A DNA stretch of 64,000 nt from an uncultured delta proteobacterium (GTDB lineage: Bacteria > Desulfobacterota > Binatia > DP-6): contig CAWFFN010000008.1 of the NCBI GenBank assembly GCA_963815115.1, forward strand, positions 512,001 through 576,000. The letters run 5' to 3'. The position numbers and the translations under genes were made by a program. A model generated the notes under the pieces. The model saw only the letters and a list, made by a program, of their open reading frames with translations, was not told the origin of the DNA and ran no database searches. Positions 8,998-20,306 of this stretch are shown piece by piece. Every line of letters begins with the position of its first letter. Within the stretch, counting starts at the first letter, position 1.

Positions 8998-9459
8998 ATG
9001 AGGCGATGGGCGACAGCGACGGCGGCAGGCCTGCTTGCCGTGAGCCTCCTCGGCGGATGTGCGACGCACCGCCACGGCGTGGCGCGTACGCGCGGGCGCT
9101 CCGGGGCTCCGCCGCCGATGACGAGGGTCGATGCGCTGTCCGGGCCGCACTTCGCCTACGCCAAGGCCGAGCTGACGCCCGAGGGCCAGGCGAAGGTGCG
9201 GAACGTCGCCCAGGCCCTCAACCAGTATCCGAACCGACGCATCCAGGTGAACGGCTACACCGACTCCACCGGCGACGACGCCCGCAACCAGCGCCTCGCC
9301 GAACGGCGAGCAGACACGGTGAAGCAGACGCTGATCGAGAGCGGCGTCAACCCGAGCCGCATCACCGCGACGGGCTACGGCTCGGCCAACCCGGTCGCGA
9401 GCGACGCGACGGCCGAGGGTCGGGCGCAGAACCGCCGCGTCGAGATCATCCTCGAGTAG
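8998..9459 (+). CDS. OmpA-family peptidoglycan-binding lipoprotein
   Basis: Lipobox LGGC; F..AKAEL, GYTDSTG, NQRLAERRA, GYG...PVA, NRRVEI. Confidence 0.9.
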   Translation: MRRWATATAAGLLAVSLLGGCATHRHGVARTRGRSGAPPPMTRVDALSGPHFAYAKAELTPEGQAKVRNVAQALNQYPNRRIQVNGYTDSTGDDARNQRLAERRADTVKQTLIESGVNPSRITATGYGSANPVASDATAEGRAQNRRVEIILE

Positions 9460-9529
9460 CTCCTCCGCCTTCGTTCCGCCCGACCTCTAGCCAAGTGCGG
9501 GCGTGTGCAGTATGAGCCGGGAGCGTTCC

Positions 9530-10384
9530 ATGCTCGCCCCGCGCCGTCTTCGGCTCGCGCTCGAGATCGGCCTCGCTGCGCTCGCCGTCGCCCTGGCCGC
9601 GTACGGCGTGGGCCTCGGTCTCGCAGCCGCCGCCGGCGGCACCCTGCCGCCCGAGCTCCTCGCCTCGACGCCGGCCGCCGAGGCGGGACGCCGCCTCGGG
9701 CCGCTCGAGACCTACGCCGTCATCGCCGCGCGCGACGTCTTCAATCCGGCGGCGGCGCGGGACGAGCGCGGGGCCGCCGATGGCCTGCGGCTGTGGGGCG
9801 TCGGGCTGCACGGCAAGCAGGCGCGTGCCGTGATCGAGGACCGGGAGACGCATCGCCAGCAGCTCTACCGGGTCGGAGAGGAGATCCACGGCGCGCGCAT
9901 CGTCGCCATCAGCTGGGACCGCGTCACCCTCGAGCGCGGCGGGGTCGAGTCGACGCTGGAGCTTGCACCCCCCGGCGAGCGGCGGACGGATGGGGCGCAG
10001 ACCGCGAGCGGCGAGCAGGCCACCGAGCCCGCCGCCCCGGCGGCGCGCATCCGCCGCACCGGCGCCGACGCCTTCATCGTCGACCGCCGCGAGCTCGAGG
10101 GGGTGGCCGGCAACATGAGCGCCCTGATGACCCAGCTGCGCGCGGTGGCCGAGGTCGCCGAGGGCCGCCCGTCGGGATTTCGCCTCTTCCAGATCAAGGA
10201 GGACAGCATCTTCCGGCGTCTCGGCCTCCAGGACGGCGACGTCGTGCAGCGGGTGAACGGAACGGTGGTGAGCGATCCGGCATCGCTCCTCGCCTTCCTC
10301 GAGCGGTTGCGGAGCGAGCCCCGCGTCGCGGTCGACATCGTCCGGGACGGCGGGACGCGGACCCTGGTATACGACCTCCGATGA
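9530..10384 (+). CDS. gspC: Type II secretion protein C (with PDZ domain)
   Basis: TM helix, HR domain (AVIED...YRVGEEIHG) and C-terminal PDZ (LGLQDGDVVQRVNG); first gene of the gsp cluster. Confidence 0.85.
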   Translation: MLAPRRLRLALEIGLAALAVALAAYGVGLGLAAAAGGTLPPELLASTPAAEAGRRLGPLETYAVIAARDVFNPAAARDERGAADGLRLWGVGLHGKQARAVIEDRETHRQQLYRVGEEIHGARIVAISWDRVTLERGGVESTLELAPPGERRTDGAQTASGEQATEPAAPAARIRRTGADAFIVDRRELEGVAGNMSALMTQLRAVAEVAEGRPSGFRLFQIKEDSIFRRLGLQDGDVVQRVNGTVVSDPASLLAFLERLRSEPRVAVDIVRDGGTRTLVYDLR

Positions 10385-12389
10385 GGCTGCTCGCCGCCGC
10401 GCTCCTCGTGGGCGCCCTCGCCACCTCCGGCCGGGCGGGCTCCGAGGCCACCGTCGCGCTCAACTTCCAGGACGTCGATCTGCCGGTGCTCGCCCGCTTC
10501 GTGAGCGAGGTGACGGGGCGGAACTTCATCCTCGACGATCGCGTGCGCGGCAACGTCACCATCATCTCCCCGACCCGTATCACCCCCGAGGAAGCGTACC
10601 TCGTCTTCCAGTCGGTGCTGCAGGTGAAGGGCTTCACCACGGTCCCGAGCGGCAACTTCGTGAAGATCGTTCCGGTGCGCGAGGGACGCGAGTCCGCCAT
10701 CCCGACCAACGCCCGGGGCGGTGACGAGCTCGTCACGCGCATCCTGCCGCTGCGCTACGCCGCGGCCGCGGACGTGGTGCCGGTGGTGCAACCGCTGGTC
10801 TCGAAGGACGGCGTGCTCACCGCGTATCCGGCGACGAACCGTCTCGTGGTGGTGGATTCGGGGCCCAACGTCGAGCGGCTCGCGGCCCTGCTACGCGACC
10901 TCGACGTACCGCACAGCGAGCGCGCCACGGAGACCGTCGCGCTGCGCTTCGCCCCCGCCGACGAGCTCGCCGCCCGGCTGCGCCAGACGCTCGCGGCCGA
11001 TGGACCGGGGGGATCCGGCCTGCGCGTCGTGCCGGAGACGCGCACCAACAGCCTGCTGCTGGCCGGCGCTCCCGCCGACGTCGCGCGCGCGCGAGCGCTG
11101 GTCGCGCGCCTCGACGTCTCCATGCCGGGAGCGTCGCAGCTCCACGCGTATCGGCTGCGATACGCCCAGGCCGAGAGCCTGGTACGCGTCCTCTCGCAGC
11201 TCCTCGGGCTTCCACCGCCTCCCCCCGAGCCGGAGAAGCCGCGTGGCAGCTTGATCATGCGCGAGCGTTCCGGGACACAAGGACCGTCGCTCGGCTACGA
11301 CGGCTCCATGGGCGAGCCGCCGCCCCAGGCGCCTCCGCCACCGTCCCAGCCCCAGCCGGTCAGCACCGGGACCGGGGCCGCGATCCCCCTCGAAGCGCCG
11401 GTCCGCGTCACCGCCGACCCGTCGACCAACACGCTGATCGTGAGCGCCACATCGGCCGACTGGGAGACGCTGCGCAGGGTGATCGGCGACCTCGATCTCC
11501 GCCGCCGCCAGGTGTTCGTCGAGGCCATCATCCTCGAGGCCACCACCGACAAGCTCCGCCAGCTCGGCATCGAGCTCCAGGGCGTCGCCAACCTCGGCGG
11601 CTCGACCGTGGGATTCGGCCAGGTGAACCTCTCGTCGCTCGGCACCGCGGTCACGAATCCCACCTCGCTCCCCGGGCTCATCCTCGCGGCGGCGAGCAAC
11701 AAGCTCGTCACGCTGCCGTCCGGGCAGCAGGTCCCCGCCTACACGGTCCTGCTCACCGCCCTCCAGACCGAGAGCGACGTCGACGTGCTGTCGGCGCCGA
11801 ACATGGTCACCACCGACAACGAGGAGGCGGAGATCGTGGTCGGGCGCAACGTGCCCTTCGTCGCCAGCCGCGCCACCAGCTCCTCGAATCTCTCGAACCT
11901 CTTCACCACGATCGAGCGCCACGACGTCGGCATCACGCTCCGGCTCACCCCGCGCATCACCGCCGACGACTTCGTGCACCTGTCGCTCTTCGAGGAGGTG
12001 TCCGACATCGACCCCATCCCGAACCCGGCGGTGGGCGATCCGAACCTGGTCGGACCGACCACGACGATCCGCTCCGCCAGCACGGTGGTGGGCGCGCGCG
12101 ACCGCCAGACGGTCGTGATCGGCGGCCTCCTGGCAGACACGGTCCGCCAGGACGAGCGGGGGGTACCGTTCCTGAAGGACGTCCCCGTGCTCGGCAACCT
12201 CTTCAAGCGCGACGACAACCATCGCGTGAAGACGAACCTGCTCGTCTTCCTCACTCCGCACGTGATCGCCACCGACGAGCAGATGGCGGAGAACTCGCTT
12301 CGCGAGCGCGAGCACATGCCCGCGCGGGTGCGGCGCAGCCCGGCACTGCGGGGCCGCTCGTGGCAGGGATCGCGGGAGGCGCCCGACGG

Positions 12390-12393
<4 letters not shown>
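10381..12393 (+). CDS. gspD: Type II secretion secretin D
   Basis: LNFQDVDL, NFILDDRVRG, QVFVEAIILE, DNEEAEIVVG, VPFLKDVPVLGNLF, NLLVFLTPHVI. ATGA overlap with gspC. Confidence 0.95.
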
Positions 12394-13916
<1,523 letters not shown>

Positions 13917-14020
13917 AGCGTGATGAAAAGTGCGGACGTCGGGCGCTCGCCCCACCCATCGAACGCTACACGCTCGCCTCCGCTCGCGATCCGAGACGGA
14001 GTCTCGGGTCGCATTTTTAG

Positions 14021-15214
14021 ATGCCGGTGTACGCGTATCGCGCGCTCACGCCGACCGGTCGCTCCTGTGCCGGCGTCGTCGACGCCGACAGCCAGCAAGC
14101 CGCGTGGCAGGCGCTGCGCGCTCGCGGCGTCTATCCCACCACGCTCGGCGAGGACGTCGAACCGGCGCGCGGACGCCGCGTGCCCGCCGCCGAGCTGGCG
14201 GCCGTCACCCGCCAGCTCGCACTCCTCGTCGCCGCCGGCGTCCCGGTGTCCGAGGCACTCGAGGACGCCGCCGAGGCCACCGAGCACCCCCGGCTGGTGC
14301 GCGCGCTCACCCGCGTTCGCGCCGCGGTGCGGGAGGGGCGGCCCCTGGCGGACGCGCTCGCTGCGTGCCCCGACGAGTTCCCGGTGCTCTACCGCGAGCT
14401 GGTGCGGGCGAGCGAAGCCGCCGGAGCGCTCGCGACCGTGCTCGGCCGCCTCGCCGCCTACCTCGAGCGCACCGCCGCGATCCGCGCGCGCTTGCGCGCG
14501 GCGCTCGCCTACCCGGCGGTGATGGCGCTCGCCGTCACGGCGGTCCTGGTCTTCCTGCTCACCTGGGTCCTGCCGCAGATGGCGCAGCTCTTCGCCGAGA
14601 CCGGGGCGCCCCTCCCGCTGCCGACGCGCGCACTGCTGCTGGCCGGAACGGTGGCGGCGCATACCTGGGCCGCGTGGCTGCTGGCGCTGGCAGTGGCTGC
14701 GGTCGGCCTCCGGAGCTGGCTCGCCTCGCACGCCGGCCGCACCCGCTTCGACGGCTGGGTCCTCGGGCTGCCGGCGATCGGGCGCCTCGTCGGCGCGGCC
14801 GCGCTCGCCCGCGCCGCGCACACGCTCGCCACCCTGCTCGCCGGCGGCGTGCGCCTCGAGGTCGCCCTCGACCTCGCCGCGGCCACCGCGGGAAACGCCC
14901 GCGTCGCCGACGCGCTGGCGACGGCACGCGAAGCCGTCCGGCAAGGGCAACCGCTCGCGCCGGCGCTGCGCGCGAGCGGCGTGGTGCCCGCGTCGGTGCT
15001 GCGCCTGGTCGCCACCGGCGAGCGCAGCGGCGGTCTCACCGATGCCCTCACCCACGCGGCGGAGAGCCTCGACGCCGAGGTGGAGCGCGACATCACCGCG
15101 GCGACCGCGCTCGTCGAGCCGGCCCTGGTCCTCGCCATGGCAGCCGCGGTGCTGATCCTCGTGCTCTCGGTCCTCGTGCCGCTCCTGCGCTTCGACCCGC
15201 TGGCGGCCTCATGA
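14021..15214 (+). CDS. gspF: Type II secretion inner-membrane platform protein F
   Basis: MPVYAYRA, TRQLALLVAAGVP, ALAYP, GERSGGL, LVEP. Confidence 0.93.
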   Translation: MPVYAYRALTPTGRSCAGVVDADSQQAAWQALRARGVYPTTLGEDVEPARGRRVPAAELAAVTRQLALLVAAGVPVSEALEDAAEATEHPRLVRALTRVRAAVREGRPLADALAACPDEFPVLYRELVRASEAAGALATVLGRLAAYLERTAAIRARLRAALAYPAVMALAVTAVLVFLLTWVLPQMAQLFAETGAPLPLPTRALLLAGTVAAHTWAAWLLALAVAAVGLRSWLASHAGRTRFDGWVLGLPAIGRLVGAAALARAAHTLATLLAGGVRLEVALDLAAATAGNARVADALATAREAVRQGQPLAPALRASGVVPASVLRLVATGERSGGLTDALTHAAESLDAEVERDITAATALVEPALVLAMAAAVLILVLSVLVPLLRFDPLAAS

Positions 15215-15639
15215 CCCGCCGCGAGCCGGACGCGGGCTTCACGCTCCTCGAGATGACGCTCGTGCTGCTCATCGTCGGCCTGCTGGCCACCCTCGTCGTG
15301 CCGCGCGTGCTCGGCCGGACCACCGCGGCGCGCCAGGCACGCGCGACGGCCGAGCTCGAGATCATCGCGCAGGCACTCGAGGGCTACCGCCTCGACGCCG
15401 GCGTCTATCCGACGACCGCCCAGGGGCTCGACGCCCTCGTACACGCCCCGGTCCTGCCACCGCGCCCGGCGCGCTGGCGGCCCGACGGGTATCTGCCACG
15501 CCTTCCGAGCGATCCCTGGGGCCACACGTACGACTACACCTGCAGCGACGGCAGGCACTTCGTCCTGCGCTCCTTCGGAGCGGACCACGCGGCGGGCGGC
15601 GAGGGCGAGGATGCGGACGTGGACCGCGATGCGTCCTGA
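15211..15639 (+). CDS. gspG: Major pseudopilin G
   Basis: G|FTLLE prepilin site; ALEGYRLDAGVYPTTAQGLDAL, DPWG, GADH..GGEGEDADV. Confidence 0.93.
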   Translation: MTRREPDAGFTLLEMTLVLLIVGLLATLVVPRVLGRTTAARQARATAELEIIAQALEGYRLDAGVYPTTAQGLDALVHAPVLPPRPARWRPDGYLPRLPSDPWGHTYDYTCSDGRHFVLRSFGADHAAGGEGEDADVDRDAS

Positions 15640-16147
15640 GCGCGGCTTCACGCTCCTCGAGACGCTCCTCGCGCTCGCCATCGGAGGCCTGGTCCTCGGG
15701 GCTGCCTACGCCGCCGTCGTGCGCGCCGCAGCGGCCCGCGACCAGGCGGTGGGCCGCGGCCGCGAGGTGGCCGATGGCCGCCGGGCGCTCCTCGCGCTGG
15801 CGCACGAGCTGGAGGCCGCCGCGCCGCGGCGCCTCGCGGCGGACGCCCACGGCCTGCGCTTCCTGCAAGCGGAGCCCGAGCCGGTGACGATGTCCTACGC
15901 GATGGACGGAACCCGGCTCGTGCGCCGGCGCGCGTCGACGTTCGCCGCGGCACGCGACGAGCACGGCGACGCGAGCGTCGTGCTCGACGGTGTGAAGAGC
16001 TTCGGCGTGCGCTGCTTCGATCGGGGCGAGTGGGTGACCGGCTGGTCTCGCGATTCGTCGCCGCGCGCGCTCGAGCTCGCGCTCGGGCTGGCGAGCGGCG
16101 AGGAGCTGCGCACGCGGGTCGTGCTGCCGCTCGGTGGGGGAGAGTAG
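15629..16147 (+). CDS. gspJ: Minor pseudopilin, J-like
   Basis: ERG|FTLLE; C-terminal W...W...PRALELAL. Confidence 0.75.
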   Translation: MRPERGFTLLETLLALAIGGLVLGAAYAAVVRAAAARDQAVGRGREVADGRRALLALAHELEAAAPRRLAADAHGLRFLQAEPEPVTMSYAMDGTRLVRRRASTFAAARDEHGDASVVLDGVKSFGVRCFDRGEWVTGWSRDSSPRALELALGLASGEELRTRVVLPLGGGE

Positions 16148-16149
16148 CG

Positions 16150-17499
16150 GTGCGCCTGATCGCTCTCGAGATCACCGCGGACGAGCTGCGCATCGCGCAC
16201 GGCGAGCGCAATCTCGGGCTGGTGCGCGTGCACGCACTGGAGCGGGTCCCGCTCGACGGCGATCCGGAGTCGCTCCGGCGCGCCCTCGGCGCGGTCGCGG
16301 CGCACCGCCCCGCGGCGGTCCTCAGCGTGCTGCCAGCCGCCGCGAGCACGCATCGCGTCCTCACCCTGCCCTTTCGCGATCGCTCGCGCATCGCGCGCAC
16401 GGCGCCGCTGGAGCTGCTCGGCCAGCTCCCCCTCGGCCCGGAGGAGGCCGTGGTCGCGGTGCGACCGATCGCCCGCGTTCCGGGGGGGACGACCGTCCTC
16501 GCCGCCGCCGTCCGCCGCGCGGATCTCGACGCCCATCTCGCGCTGCTCGCCGGAGCAGGCCTGCCGGCGAAGCGGATCGACCTCGCGCCGCTGCCGGCGC
16601 TCGACCTGGTTCCGGACGGCACCGGAACGGTGGCGCTCCTGATCGCGGACCGCACGCGCAGCGCGATCGTCGTTCGTCGCGACGGCCACCCGGCCGGGCT
16701 GCGCGCGCTCGGCAGCGATGCCCGCGAACCGGTCGCGCTGGCCACCGAGACGCGCTGGGCGCTGGATGCGCTCGGCTGCGCGGGCGAGGTGCTGGTGACG
16801 GGTCCGGACGCTGCCGGCGTGCAGGCAGCGCTGGCGACCGTCCTGGACATGCCGGTGTCGCTCCTCGCGCCGCCGGCGGCGGTCGCTGCGGCGGGCGCGG
16901 CAGCGGACGTCGCCGCGTGCGCGCTGGCCGCCGGGCTCCTGGTGGGCGAGGGCCGGCACCCACGCTCCGGACTCGTGCTCTCCGGCGGCGCCGACGAGCC
17001 GGCGGGGAGCTGGCGCCGGGCGGGCGCGCTGGCAGCGGTGGCGCTGCTTCTCGGGGTGGTCGACGTGACGCTGGTGCGCGCGACGCTGATGCGCCGCGAT
17101 GCCGCCCTCGCCCGTGTCGCCAGCGAGGTGGCGGCCGCCGCCCTGCCGGGCACCCCGGTCACCGCCGCGCGCGCCCAGCTCGAGGAGGCGGTGGCCGCGC
17201 GCCGACGGCTGCGGCCGGCCGGCGACGTGCCGGTCCTCGAGATGCTTCGCGAGGTGAGCGCCCGCGTGCCCGAGACGCTCCGCCTCGACCTCGACGAGCT
17301 CGTGGTCGAGCCCGACGTCGTGCGCCTGCACGGCCGCTGCGAGAGCTTCGACGCGGTCGAGTTGCTGCGCAAGGCGCTGGCGGCGTCGCCGCTGGTGCGC
17401 GACGTCGAGACGGACGAGACGCGCACCACCGTCGATGGAACGGGCGTCGAGTTCCGGCTGCGTCTGCTGCGCCGCGAGGCGATGGGAGCCCCGTCGTGA
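16150..17499 (+). CDS. gspL: Type II secretion protein L (PilM/PilN-like)
   Basis: Actin-like cytoplasmic domain (RVLTLPFRD), TM helix and PilN-like periplasmic domain; position in the cluster. Confidence 0.8.
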   Translation: MRLIALEITADELRIAHGERNLGLVRVHALERVPLDGDPESLRRALGAVAAHRPAAVLSVLPAAASTHRVLTLPFRDRSRIARTAPLELLGQLPLGPEEAVVAVRPIARVPGGTTVLAAAVRRADLDAHLALLAGAGLPAKRIDLAPLPALDLVPDGTGTVALLIADRTRSAIVVRRDGHPAGLRALGSDAREPVALATETRWALDALGCAGEVLVTGPDAAGVQAALATVLDMPVSLLAPPAAVAAAGAAADVAACALAAGLLVGEGRHPRSGLVLSGGADEPAGSWRRAGALAAVALLLGVVDVTLVRATLMRRDAALARVASEVAAAALPGTPVTAARAQLEEAVAARRRLRPAGDVPVLEMLREVSARVPETLRLDLDELVVEPDVVRLHGRCESFDAVELLRKALAASPLVRDVETDETRTTVDGTGVEFRLRLLRREAMGAPS

Positions 17500-18026
17500 G
17501 CCCGTGGCTCACCGGCTGGATCGCAACCCGCTCGGGCCGCGAGCGGGCGTTGCTCATCGTCGCCGCCGCGACGACGGCCGTCGTGCTCGTCGTCGGCGTC
17601 GCGCTCGCGCTGCGCGCCGACCTGGTCGCCCTGCAAGCGCGCGTCGGTGCGCGGGAACGCGAGCTCGCCACCCTGCGACGGCTGGCGGCGGATCTCGGTC
17701 CCGTCCCCGTCGCGACCGCCCGTGCAGACGCCCGCTCCCTCGTGACCCGCCTCGAGACCGCCGCCGCCGCCGTCGTCGGTCGTCCGCGGATCGCCGCCAT
17801 GACGCCGACCACGGCGCCGCTGCCCGAGGGCCTGCGCGAGGAGCGCGTCGCCGTGCGCCTGAGCGATACCTCGCTCGGCGAGGTCGTCCGTCTGCTGCAC
17901 GGCCTCGAGAGCGCCGACCCGCCGCTGCCGGTCGCCCGCCTCGAGATGCGCAAGCACGCCGACGACCCGCGCCATTTCGAGGCCACGGTCGAGGTCGCAC
18001 GGGTCGTGCCCGGCGCGAAGCCGTGA
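17496..18026 (+). CDS. gspM: Type II secretion protein M
   Basis: SGRERALL plus TM helix and coiled-coil; GTGA overlap with gspL. Confidence 0.8.
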   Translation: MSPWLTGWIATRSGRERALLIVAAATTAVVLVVGVALALRADLVALQARVGARERELATLRRLAADLGPVPVATARADARSLVTRLETAAAAVVGRPRIAAMTPTTAPLPEGLREERVAVRLSDTSLGEVVRLLHGLESADPPLPVARLEMRKHADDPRHFEATVEVARVVPGAKP

Positions 18027-18859
18027 TGCGCACCGCGCTCCTGGGCGCCGCCGCCGCGGCACTGTTCGCGATCGTGCTCGGGCTGAGCTTCCCGACCGAT
18101 CAGCTGGTCCGGTGGGGTCTGGCCAGGGCCCCCGTGCCCGAGGCGCGCCTCATCACCTTCCGGCGTGCCCACCTGCGACCGTGGGGACTCGTGCTCGAAG
18201 GCGCGAGCCTGCGGGATCCCGGCGGCGGACCGCTCTACGAGGCCGACTGGCTGCGCTTCCGTCCCTCGTGGACCGCGCTCGCCGGCGATCCGCTGGGACG
18301 CCCCTGGCGGGTCGCGGCCAGCGCGCTCGGCGGCACGATCGATGCCAGCCTCGGCCTCGACGGCGGCGCCCAGATCGTCGAGCTCGCCTGGGCCGATCTC
18401 GACGTCGGTCGCCTGCTGGCAGCGCTGCGCCGCCGGGACCAGCTCTCCGGCCGTGCGAGCGGCAGCAGCGGGCTGCGGGTACCGGGGACTGATGCGGCCA
18501 CCGGCTCCGGTGAGGTGGTCCTGCAGGACGCCGTGTGGCAGCCAGCGCTCGGCGCGCTCGAGGACCTCCCGCTGCATGCCGAGCGTGCCACGCTGCGCTG
18601 GACGCTCGCCGGTGGTCGCCTCGAGGTGGCGGCCTTCGACGTGCACGGACAGGAGATGAACGTGGCGGCCAGCGGCCAGGTCCGCCTCGCCGACGTTGCG
18701 GACGCGAGCACGCTCGATCTCCGGGTGACCCTCACGCCGCTCCCCGGCATGCCCGGCAAGCTGCGCCCGCTGCTCGACGGCTTGCCGCGCGGCGCCAACG
18801 GTACGCGCGACTTCGTCCTCACGGGAACTCTGGATGCGCCTCGCATCACGCCGCCGTAG
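18026..18859 (+). CDS. gspN: Type II secretion protein N
   Basis: N-terminal TM ending in SFP, beta-rich body, C-terminal LTGTLDAPR. Confidence 0.75.
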   Translation: MRTALLGAAAAALFAIVLGLSFPTDQLVRWGLARAPVPEARLITFRRAHLRPWGLVLEGASLRDPGGGPLYEADWLRFRPSWTALAGDPLGRPWRVAASALGGTIDASLGLDGGAQIVELAWADLDVGRLLAALRRRDQLSGRASGSSGLRVPGTDAATGSGEVVLQDAVWQPALGALEDLPLHAERATLRWTLAGGRLEVAAFDVHGQEMNVAASGQVRLADVADASTLDLRVTLTPLPGMPGKLRPLLDGLPRGANGTRDFVLTGTLDAPRITPP

Positions 18860-19202
18860 CAGCCGGGGCCTCGGGCTCCTGGAAGTCCTCGTGGCGCTCG
18901 TCGTCCTCGCGGTCGGCGTGACGGCCATGCAGCGCCTCGTGACCCGGAGCGTGGGCACGCTCGGAGAGGACCTGCGCCTGACGCGCGCGATGCTGGCGGC
19001 GCAGGCGCTGCTGGCGGAGGCGGCCCTCGCGCCACCCGAGCCGGGCGAGACGAACGGCAGCACCCCCGAGGGGCTGCGCTTCGAGCGCGCCGTCGCCCGC
19101 ACCCCCCATCCCGCCCTGCGCGAGATCCGCGTCCGGGTGTGGCCCGACGCCGGCGCCGCACCGTGCGAGCTCCTGGAGGTGGTTCATGTACCGCCGGCGT
19201 GA
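18834..19202 (+). CDS. gspI: Minor pseudopilin, I-like
   Basis: SRG|LGLLEVLVALVVLA; LREIRVRVW. Confidence 0.75.
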   Translation: MRLASRRRSSRGLGLLEVLVALVVLAVGVTAMQRLVTRSVGTLGEDLRLTRAMLAAQALLAEAALAPPEPGETNGSTPEGLRFERAVARTPHPALREIRVRVWPDAGAAPCELLEVVHVPPA

Positions 19203-20082
19203 GCGCGGATTCGCGCTCCTCGGCGCCGTCATGGCCCTCTCCGCCCTCTCGCTGGTCGCGATGGGCCTGGCAACCGCTGCCGCCGTGGACCGGCGGCGGA
19301 CGGCCGATGCCATGGAGGGGCTGCAGGCGGACGCGCTGGTGCGCTCGGCGATCGCCACGGCGTCGGTCCTGCTCGCCGAGCAGGCTCGCGTGGGGGAGCC
19401 CGACACGCTGCGCGCTCCCTGGGCACATCGGTTCGGCCGCCAGGCGGTCGGCCCCGGCTGGGTGGAGGTCACCGTGGAGGACGAGACGCGCCGGCTCGAC
19501 CTGAATGCACCCGGAAGCGCGGTCGCCCTTCCCCGGCTGCTGCGCCGCCTCGGCCTCGACCCCGCGCTCGCCGACGCCGTCGCCGACTGGACCGACGCCG
19601 ACGACGAGGCGCGGCCTCACGGGGCCGAGCGGGCATGGTACCGGCGGCAGAAGCCGCCGGTCGAGCCGCCCAACGCGCCGCTCGCGAGCGTCGGCGAGCT
19701 CGCGCTGCTGCGCGGCGCGGAGCCCGCGATGGTCGAGCGCCTGCGCCCGTTCGTCAGCGTCGCGGGCGAGGCACGCATCAACCCCAACACCGCCTCGCCC
19801 GAGGTCCTGGAGGCGTGGCTGGGCGATCCGCAGCGCGCCCAGGACATCCTCGCCCAGCGGGCCGCCGACGTCCTGGTGCCATGTGACGATCTGCCGCCGT
19901 GCACGCTGCACGCGCAGCACTACCTGGTGCGGGCGCTCGCGGGCGCGGGCCGCACGCGGCGTCGGGTCGAGGCGCTGGTGTGGGTCGCCGGGGGCGAGCC
20001 GCGCACGACGGCCTGGCGCCAGATTACGGCGCCCCGAGACTCCGTCTCGGGGCGGACGGAGAGCGAGAGTGGAACACGGTGA
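19186..20082 (+). CDS. gspK: Minor pseudopilin K
   Basis: ERG|FALL (no Glu5), DETRRLDLN, DWTDADD, GAE..WY, INPNTAS. The C-terminus runs into the repeat element. Confidence 0.9.
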   Translation: MYRRRERGFALLGAVMALSALSLVAMGLATAAAVDRRRTADAMEGLQADALVRSAIATASVLLAEQARVGEPDTLRAPWAHRFGRQAVGPGWVEVTVEDETRRLDLNAPGSAVALPRLLRRLGLDPALADAVADWTDADDEARPHGAERAWYRRQKPPVEPPNAPLASVGELALLRGAEPAMVERLRPFVSVAGEARINPNTASPEVLEAWLGDPQRAQDILAQRAADVLVPCDDLPPCTLHAQHYLVRALAGAGRTRRRVEALVWVAGGEPRTTAWRQITAPRDSVSGRTESESGTR

Positions 20083-20306
20083 AGAGTGCAGGCGTCGTGC
20101 CGCGGCCGGCAGAGCCGGCGCGGCAAACGTGCCGGAGGGCAAAGCTCTCACCGAGGTCCGCGCTCGCACGCGGCCGACGACGATTCGAGCCGCGCGCGTG
20201 CCATGTTTTGCCGCGCCGGCTTCGCCGGCCGCGGCACGGCGTTCGCACGATCCACGAGCGCCCCACACCGCTCTCGCCCCGAGACGAAGTCTCGGGGCGA
20301 TGTTAG
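20024..20306. repeat. Nested-palindrome element, copy 2
   Basis: Outer hairpins at 20030-20054 and 20274-20300; inner inverted arms GTGCCGCGGCCGGCAGAGCCGGCGCGGCAAAC (from 20097) and GTTTTGCCGCGCCGGCTTCGCCGGCCGCGGCAC (to 20237). Confidence 0.9.

Noticed and set aside
11210-11400. Pro-rich low-complexity stretch in gspD as a repeat or insertion element
   Set aside because: It is in frame and at the position of the variable disordered N3 loop common in secretins.
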